DNA of 64,000 nt from the human T2T-CHM13v2.0 reference genome, Homo sapiens, in the NCBI RefSeq assembly GCF_009914755.1, contig NC_060940.1; one strand, written 5' to 3'. Numbering within the stretch: position 1 is the first letter of the stretch; every line of letters starts with the position of its first letter. This document shows, in pieces, positions 55,701 to 64,000 of the stretch. The notes under the pieces were generated by a model. The model did no database searches and was not told the DNA's origin. It worked only from the letters and a program-made list of their open reading frames with translations. The position numbers and the translations under genes are program-made.

Positions 55701-58700
55701 TTCCATTCGATGATATTCCATTCGAGTCCATTCGATGATTCCATTCGTTGCTATTAGATGATGATTCCATTCATGACCATTTGGTGATTCCATTCGATTT
55801 CATTCGTTGATGATTCCATTCGAGTCCATTCCATGATTCCATTCAAGTCCATTTGATGATTTCTTTGAATTCAATTCGATGATGATTCCATTCGAGTCCA
55901 TTCGATGATTCCATTCAGTTCCATTCGATGATGATTCCTTTCGAGACCATATGATGATTCCATTTGATTTCATTCGATGATGATTCCATTCGATTCCATT
56001 CGATGATTCCATTCTATTCCATTCGATGATGATTCCATTCGAGTCCATTTAATGATTCCATTGGGTTCAATTCAATGATGATTACATTGGATTCTCTTCT
56101 ATGATACCATTCAATTCCGTTCATTGACAATTTGATTCCATTCGATGATGATTCCATTTGAGTTCATTCGATGATTCTATTCGATTCTCTTCGATGGTGA
56201 TTCAATTCTATTATATTGGATGATTCCATTCGATTCCATTTGATGTTGATTCAATTCGATTCTATTCGATGATGATTCCATTGGATTTCATTTGATGATT
56301 CTATTCGATTCCATTCAATGATGATTCACTTCTCGTCCATTGGATGATTCCATTTCATTCCATTCGATGATGATTCCATTCGATTCCATTCGATGATTCC
56401 ATTTGATTCCATTCGACGGTGAGCAATTCGATTCAATTCCATGATGATTCTATTTGATTCAGTTAGATGATGTTTCCATTCGAATCCATTCCATGATTAT
56501 TCCATTGGAATCCATTCGGCGATGATTCCATATGAGTCAATTCAATGATGATTCCATATGGGTCAGTTCGATGATAATTCCATTTGATTTCATTCGATGC
56601 TTCTATTCAATTCCAGTCGATGATGATTCCGTTGGAGTCCATACGATGACTCCATTTGATTTCATTTGATGATGATTCCTTTCGATTCCATTCGATGACT
56701 CCATTCTGTTCCATTCGATGATGATTCCATTCGAGTCCATTCGATGATTCCATTCGAGTCCATTTCATGATTCCATTGGGTTCAATTCGATGATGATTAC
56801 ACTGGATTCCATTCTATGATTCCATTCAATTCCATTCGTTGATGATTCGATTCCATTCAATGATGATTCCATTTGAGTTCATTCGATGATTCTATTCGAT
56901 TCCGTTCGATGGTGATTCAATTCTATTATATTGGATGATTCCATTCGATTCCATTTGATGATGATTCCATTCGATTCCATTCGATGATGATTCCATTTGA
57001 TTCCATTTGATGTTGATTCTATTCGATTCTATTCAATGATGATTCCATTCGATTTCATTTGATGATTCTATTCGATTCCTTTCGATGATTCTATTCCATT
57101 CCATTCGATGATGATTCAATTCTCTTCCATTGGATGATTCCATTTTATTCCATTCGACGATGACTCCATTTGATTCCATTCAATGATGATTCCATTCGAT
57201 TCCATTCGGTGATTCCATTTGATTCCATTCGACGGTGAGCAATTTGATTCAATTCCATAATGATTCTATTTGATTCAATTAGATGATGTTTCCATTCGAA
57301 TCCATTCGGTGATGATTCCATTGGTATCCATTCGACGATGATTCCATATGAGTCAATTCGATGATGATTCCATACGAGTCCGTTGGATGATAATTCCATT
57401 TGATTTCATTCAATCCTTCTATTCGATTCCATTTGATGATGATTCCATCTGAATCCATTCTCCGATTCCATTCGATTTCATTCGATGCTTGTATTTGATT
57501 TCATTCGAAGATGATTCCTTTCAATTCCGTTCATTAATTCCATTTGATTCCATTCGATGATGATTCCATCCGATTCCATTGGATGATGATTCCATTCGAG
57601 TCCATTCGATGATTCCGTTCTAATCCATTCTATGATTCCATTCGAGTCCATTCGATGATTCCATTCGATTCCATTCAGTGATGATTCCATTTGATTCCAT
57701 CTGATGATGATTTCATTTGATTCCATTCGATGATGATTCCATTGGAGTCCATTGAATGATTCAATTCAATTCCATTCCATGTGGATTCCATTCGAATTCA
57801 TTCGATTATTCCATTCAAATCCCTTCGTTGATTCCATCTGATTCCACTTGACGATGATTCCATTCAAGTCCAATCGATGATTCCATTCGGTTCCATTCAA
57901 TGATTCCATTCGAGTCCATTTATGTATTATATTCGTGTCCACTTGATGACTCCATTCAATTCCATTTAATGATGATTCCATTTGATTCCATTTGATGATT
58001 CAGTTCGATTCCTTACAATGATTCCCTACGATTCCTTTCTATGATGATTCCATTCGATTCCATTCATTGATGATTCCATTCGACTCCATTCAATGATGAT
58101 TCCTTTCGATTCCATTTGACGATGTTTCCATTTGAGTCCATTCGATGATGATTCCATTGGTATCCATTCGACGATGATTCCATATGAGTCAATTCGATGA
58201 TGATTCCATACGAGTCCGTTGGATGATAATTCCATTTGATTTCATTCAATCCTTCTATTCGATTCCATTTGATGATGATTCCATCTGAATCCATTCTCCG
58301 ATTCCATTCGATTTCATTCGATGCTTCTATTTGATTTCATTCGAAGATGATTCCTTTCAATTCCATTCATTAATTCCATTTGATTCCATTCGATGATGAT
58401 TCCATCCGATTCCATTCGATGATGATTGGATTCGATTCCATTTGATGATTTCATTTGATTCCATTCGATGATGATTTCGATCAATTCCATTCGATGATTC
58501 CATTCGATTCCATTTGATAATGATTACATCCGAGTCCATTCGATGATTCCATTTGAGCCCGTTCGATAATTCCATTTGAGTCCAATCAATGATTCCATTC
58601 ATTTCCATTCAATGATTCCATTCGAGTCCATTTGATCATTCCGGTAGTGTCCGTTCGATGTTGATTCCATTGGAGTGCATTCGATGATTCCATTCGAGTC

Positions 58701-59964
58701 CATTTTAGGATTTGATTCGAGTCCTTTCGATGATTCCATTCGATTCCACTCGATGCGATGATGATTTCATTCGAGTCCATTCGACACTTCCAATCGATTC
58801 CATTTGATGTTTCCATTCGAGTCCAATTGATGATTCCATTCAATTCCATTCGATGATGATTCCGTACGATTCCATTCTGTGATGATTCCATGTGATTGCA
58901 TTCAATGATGATTCCTTTCGATTGCATTCGATTATGATTCATTTCGTGTTCATTCTATGGTTCCACAGGTTTCACATCGTGTCCATTCCATTATTCCATT
59001 CTATTCCATTTGATGATGATTCCATTCGATTCCATTCATTGGTGATTCCACTCAATTCCATTCAATGATTCCATTCCATTTCTTTCAACAATGATTCCAT
59101 TAGTTTCTAATCGATGATCCACTTGATTCCATTTGACGATGATTCCATTCTTGTCCATTCGATGATTCCATTTGATTCCATATGATGATGATTCCATTCG
59201 ATTCCATATGATGATGATGCCATTCGAGTCCATTCAATGGTGATTCCATTCAATTCCATTCGGTGATTCCTTTCGATTCCATTTGATGATGATGGCATTC
59301 GATTCCTTTCAATCATTCCCTTTGATTCCACTCAAAGTTGATTTCATTCAAGTCCATTCGATAATTGCATTCGATTCCATTCTATGATGATTCCATTCGA
59401 GTCCATTTGATGATTCCATTCAATTCAAGTCAATGATGATTCCATTCGATTCCATTCGATGATTCCATTGGATTCCATTCGATGATGATTCCATTCAAAT
59501 CCATTCGATAATTCAATTCACGTCCATTCGATGATGATTCCAATCGAATCCATTCAAAGATTCCATTCAATTCCATTCGATGATTCCCTTAGATTCCATT
59601 CGATGATTCCACTTGATTCCATTTACGATGATTCCATTCGATTCCATGTGATGATTCCATTCAATTCTATTCAATGATGTTTCCATTTGATTCCATTCGA
59701 CCATGATTGCCTTTGATTCCATTCAATGATTCCATTCGGTTCCGTTTGATGATGATTCCGTTCGATTCCATTTGATGATTCCATTTGATTCCATTGGATG
59801 AGTCCATTCGATTACATTCGATGATTATTCCATTCGAGTGCATTAGATGATTCCATTCGAGTCCATTCGATGATTCCATTCGAGTCCATTCGATGATTCC
59901 ATTCGATTCCATTCGATGTTGATTCTGTTCAAATCCATTCGATGATTCCACTCGATTCCATTCG
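49723..59964 (+). repeat. Macro-repeat type A, copy A3 (about 217-bp tail of a previous unit plus a 10,025-bp unit with a 2640-bp deletion)
   Basis: ORF offsets vs A1 are 49939 (1648/51587, 5273/55212, 7206/57145), 49935 (8091/58026), and then 47295-47300 (11736/59036, 12367/59667). Confidence 0.9.
57310..58415 (+). repeat. 836-bp unit plus a truncated second copy within A3
   Basis: 'attggtatccattcgacgatg' occurs at about 57320 and 58156. The second copy is cut off at about 58415 by the 2640-bp deletion. Confidence 0.85.
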
Positions 59965-62900
59965 ATGACTCCATTTGATCCCATTCGATGATTTCCTTTG
60001 ATTCCCTTTTATGATCATTCCATTTGATTCAATTCGGTGATTTCATTGGATTCCATTCAGTGATGTTTCCATTCGACTCCATTCGATGATGATTCCATTC
60101 GACTACATTCGATTATGATTTCATTCAATTCCATTCGATAAAGATTCCCTTCGAGTCCAATCGATGATTCCATTCGATTCCATTCAACGATGATTTGATT
60201 CGTGTCCATTCGATGATTCCATTTGATTCCACTTGATGAGGATTCCATTCGAGTCCATTTGATGATTCCATTCAATTCCATTCTCCGATGATTTCTTTTG
60301 AGCCCACTCAATGCTTCCACTCGATTCCATATGATGATGACTCCATTCGATGAAATTCGATGATGATTCCATTCGCTTGCATTCGATGATGATTCCACTT
60401 GAGTCCATTAGAAGATTCTATTCAATTACATTCCATGACGATTCCGTTCGAGTCCATTTGATGATTCCATTAGACTCCATTCGACGATGATTCCATTCGA
60501 TGTTATTCGATGATTCCATTCGATCTCATTCGATGATGATTCCATTCAACTCCATTCGATGTTTCCATTCGAGTTCATTCTATTATTCCATTAGATTCCA
60601 TTCGATGATGATTCCATTCGATTCCATTTGATGATTGCATTCTATTTCATTTGATGATGATTCCATTCGAGTCCACTCGATGATTCCATTCGAGTCCATT
60701 TAATGAATCCATTGGTTTCAATTCTATGATGATTACATTGGATTCCATTCGTTGATGATTTCATTCGGTTCCATTCAATGATGATTCCATTCAATTCCTT
60801 TCAATGTTTCCATTCAATTCCATACGATGATGATTCCATTTGATTTGATTCGACAGTGAGCCATTCGATTCAATTCCATGATGATTCTATTTGATTCCAT
60901 TGGTTGACATTTCCATTCGATTCCATTCGATGATGATTCCCTTTGATTCCATTCAAAGATGATTCCATTCTAGCCCATTCAATCATTCCATTCGATTCTA
61001 TTCAATGATGATTCCATTCATGTCGATTTGGTGATTCCATTTGACTTCATTTGATGATGATTCCTTTCAAGTTCATTAGATGATTCCATTCGATTCCATT
61101 TGATGATGATCCCATTCGAGTCCATTCAGTGATTCCACTCGTTTCCATTCCATGATGATTCCATTCCATTCCATTCAATGATTCCATTCGATTCCGTTTG
61201 ATGATGATTTCATTCGAGTCCATTCAATGATTCCATTCGATTCCAATCGATGGTGGTTCCATTAGAGTCCATTTAATGATTCCATTTGATTCCAGTCTCT
61301 GATGTTTACATTCGAGTCCATACGATGATTCCACTAAATTCCATATGATGATGATTCCATTCGATTCCATTGGATGATTCCATTCTATTCTATTCAAAGG
61401 TGATTCCATTCGAGTACATTAGATGATTCCATTCGATTCCATTCAATGATGATTCTATTTGTGTCCCTTAGATGATTCCACATGATTCCATTAGATGATG
61501 ATACTATTTGAGCCCATCCAATGATTCCCTTCGATTCCATTCGATGAGGATTCCATTCGATTCAATTCATTGGTGATTCTATTCAATTCAATTCTTTGAT
61601 TCAATTCCATTCCATTCGACAATGATTCCATTCGATTTCTTTCGATGATTCCACTCAATTTCACTTGACATTGATTCCATTCGATTCCATTCAATGATTC
61701 CATTTGATTCCAGTGGATGATGATTGCCGTCGATTCCATTCGATCACTCCATTCTGTTCCATTTGATGATGATTACATTCGATTCCATTTGATGATTCCA
61801 TCTGATTCTATTCGAGGATTCCATTTGATTCCATTCGATGATGATTCCATTCGAGTCCATTCGATGATTTCATTCGAGTACATCCAATGATTCCATTCGA
61901 GTCCATTTGATGATTCCATTTCATTCCATTTGATTATGATTCTACTAGAGTCCATTCAATGACTCCATTCGAGTCCATTCAACAGTTCCATCCGAGTCCA
62001 TTCGATGATTCCATTCGATTCCATTTGATGATTCCATTCGAGTCCATTTAATCATTACAGTCGAGTCCATTTGGTGATTCCACTGGATTTCTTTTGATAA
62101 TGATACCATTCAATTACATTTGATGATGATCCCATTCAATTTCATTTGATGATGATTCCATTAGAGTCCATTCCATGATTTCATTCGAGTCCCTTCATTG
62201 ATTCCATCCGATTTCATTTCATGATGACTCCATTCGAGTCCATTCGATGATTCCACTCGATTCCATTAGATGATTCCATTGGAGTCCATTTGATTGTTCC
62301 ATTCGATTCCATTCGATTCCTTTCGAAGATTATTCCATTTGAGTCCATTCGATGATGATTCCATTCCATTCCATTCGATGATTCCGTTTGATTCCATTCG
62401 ATGATTCCCTGCGATTCCTTTCTATGATGATTCCATTCCATTCCATTCAATGATTCCATTCGAATCTATTCCATGATGATTCCTTTCGATTCCATTCGCT
62501 GATGTTTCCGTTCAATTCCATTCGATGATGATTCCATTCGATTCCATTCATTGAGGATTCCATTGGATTCCATTCAATGATGATTCCATTCTATTCCATT
62601 CAATGATTGCATTCAATTCCATTCAATGATTATGCCATTAGAGTAAATTCAACGATTCCATTCAATACCATTCGATGATGATTCCTTTTGAGTCCATTCA
62701 ATGATTTCATTCAAGTCCATTTGATGATTCCTTTCAATTCCATTCCATGATGATTCCATTCGAGTCCATTCGATGATTCCATTCGATTGCATTCGATGAT
62801 TCCATTATATTCCATTCAACGATGATTCCATTCGAGTCCATTCGATGATTCCATTAGAGTACATTTAATGATTGCTTTGTTTTCAATTCGAAGATGATTA

Positions 62901-63670
62901 CATTGGATTCCATTCTATGATTCCATTCGATTGCATTCATTGATGATTCCACCCAATTCCATTCGATGATGATTCCATTCGATTTCAATGATTCTACTCG
63001 ATTCCATTCAATGATGATTCAATTCTATTCCGTTTGATGATTCCATTAGATTCCATTCTATGATGATTCCATTCGAGTCCATTCGAAGATTTCATTCGAT
63101 TACATTCCATGACGATTCCATTCGAGTCCATTCGATGATTCCATTTGAATCCATTCGACGATGATTCCATTTGATGCTATTCGATGATTCCCTTGGATTC
63201 CATTCGATGATGATTCCATTCGACTTGATTTGATGTTTCTATTTGAGTCCATTCGGTTATTTTATTAGACTACATTCGATGATGATTCCATTCGATGCCA
63301 TTCAGTGGTTCCATTTCATTCCACTCAATGATGATTGCATTCGTGTCCATTCGATGATTCCATTTGGTTCCATTTGATGATGATTCCATTCGAGTCCATT
63401 CGATGATACCATTCAATTCCATTCGATGATCATTCCATTCGAATCCATTTGATGATTCCACTCAATTCCATTTGATGACTCCTTTCATTCCCATTCGATG
63501 ATTCCCTTCAGTTCCAATTGGATGATCTTTCCATTTGATTCAATATGGTGACTCCATTCTATTATATTCAATGATGATTCCATTCGACTCCATTAGATGA
63601 TGACTTCATTCCATTCCATTCGATTGTGATTTCATTCGATTCCATTCGAAGATGATTCCATTCGAGTCCA
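59965..63670 (+). repeat. Macro-repeat type A, copy A4 (partial, mosaic, with a 121-bp deletion)
   Basis: Offset vs A1 is 59964 (ORF ends 434/60398), then 59843 (1648/61491, 1930/61773, 3427/63270). The match ends at the A1-equivalent of about 3830. Confidence 0.88.
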
Positions 63671-64000
63671 TTCGATGATTCCATTCGATTTCATTCAACG
63701 ATGATTTGATTCGTGTCCATTCGATGATTCCATTTGATTCCACTTGATGATGATTCCATTCGAGTCCATTTGATGATTCCATTCAATTCCATTCTCCGAT
63801 GACTTCTTTTGAGCCCATTCAATGCTTCCACTCGATTCCATATGATGATGACTCCATTCGATGAAATTCGATGATGATTCCATTCGCTTGCATTCGATGA
63901 TGATTCCACTTGAGTCCATTAGAAGATTCTATTCAATTACATTCCATGACGATTCCGTTCGAGTCCATTTGATGATTCCATTAGACTCCATTCGACGATG
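63671..64000 (+). repeat. Restart of the macro-unit from the A1-equivalent of about 200 (runs off the window)
   Basis: 'caacgatgatttgattcgtgtcc...ttttgagcccattcaatgcttcc...cgcttgcattc' repeats about 60165-60490 at offset 3511 (ORF ends 60398/63909 and 60408/63919). Confidence 0.85.

Larger units (their letters stand above)
1..64000 (+). repeat. Human Satellite II (HSat2/HSATII)-type pericentromeric satellite array, CATTC strand on +
   Basis: Continuous degenerate ATTCC/ATTCG pentamers with GAT/GATGAT spacers (e.g. gatgatgattccattcgattccattc, cgagtccattc). Frequent TCGA and the 23/26-bp spacing are the established hallmarks of HSat2, as opposed to the purer (CATTC)n of HSat3. Species and chromosome cannot be assigned from this window. 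Confidence 0.96.

Noticed and set aside
198-63919. Numerous minus-strand ORFs of 60-193 aa (MESSNGIEWNHH...) as protein-coding genes or a repeat-protein family
   Set aside because: They are direct translations of GAATG/GAATC/CAT satellite motifs. They overlap in all three frames with the same low-complexity peptide, are broken by indels between copies, and show no recognisable domain.
1-64000. CRISPR-like array or other prokaryotic repeat system (23-26-bp periodicity)
   Set aside because: There are no unique spacers, no invariant direct repeat, no leader and no cas genes; the sequence is contiguous degenerate satellite.
1-64000. HSat3/DYZ1, alpha satellite or telomeric repeat
   Set aside because: It lacks long pure (CATTC)n runs, 171-bp monomers with CENP-B boxes, and TTAGGG. 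The GATGAT spacers and CATTCGATTC motif indicate HSat2.

Overview
The whole 64 kb is pericentromeric satellite DNA of the human/great-ape Satellite II (HSat2/HSATII) type. It consists of degenerate CATTC/GATTC pentamers interrupted by (GAT)1-2 spacers, giving the typical 23/26-bp (ATTCCATTCG)2+ATG(ATG) motif with abundant TCGA. The CATTC strand is on + throughout. I saw no inversion, no transposon insertion, no RNA gene and no credible protein-coding gene; the 'MESSNGIEWNH' ORFs are translation artefacts of the GAATG strand. The informative content is the higher-order architecture, read from constant offsets between identical ORF fingerprints and checked against the sequence. Two related macro-repeat lineages are interleaved: type A (about 12.66 kb; copies at 1, 12665, about 49.9 kb and about 60.0 kb) and type B (11.28 and 12.30 kb; copies at about 22.0, 33.3 and 45.6 kb). 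They carry nested young tandem duplications (840 bp x2, 1031 bp x3), deletions of 26 to 2640 bp (those I inspected join at short satellite microhomologies), and mosaic tracts that look like gene conversion. I found no evidence for a novel coding system. All comparisons were made by eye, so breakpoints are accurate to roughly 10-30 bp and variant counts are not exhaustive.
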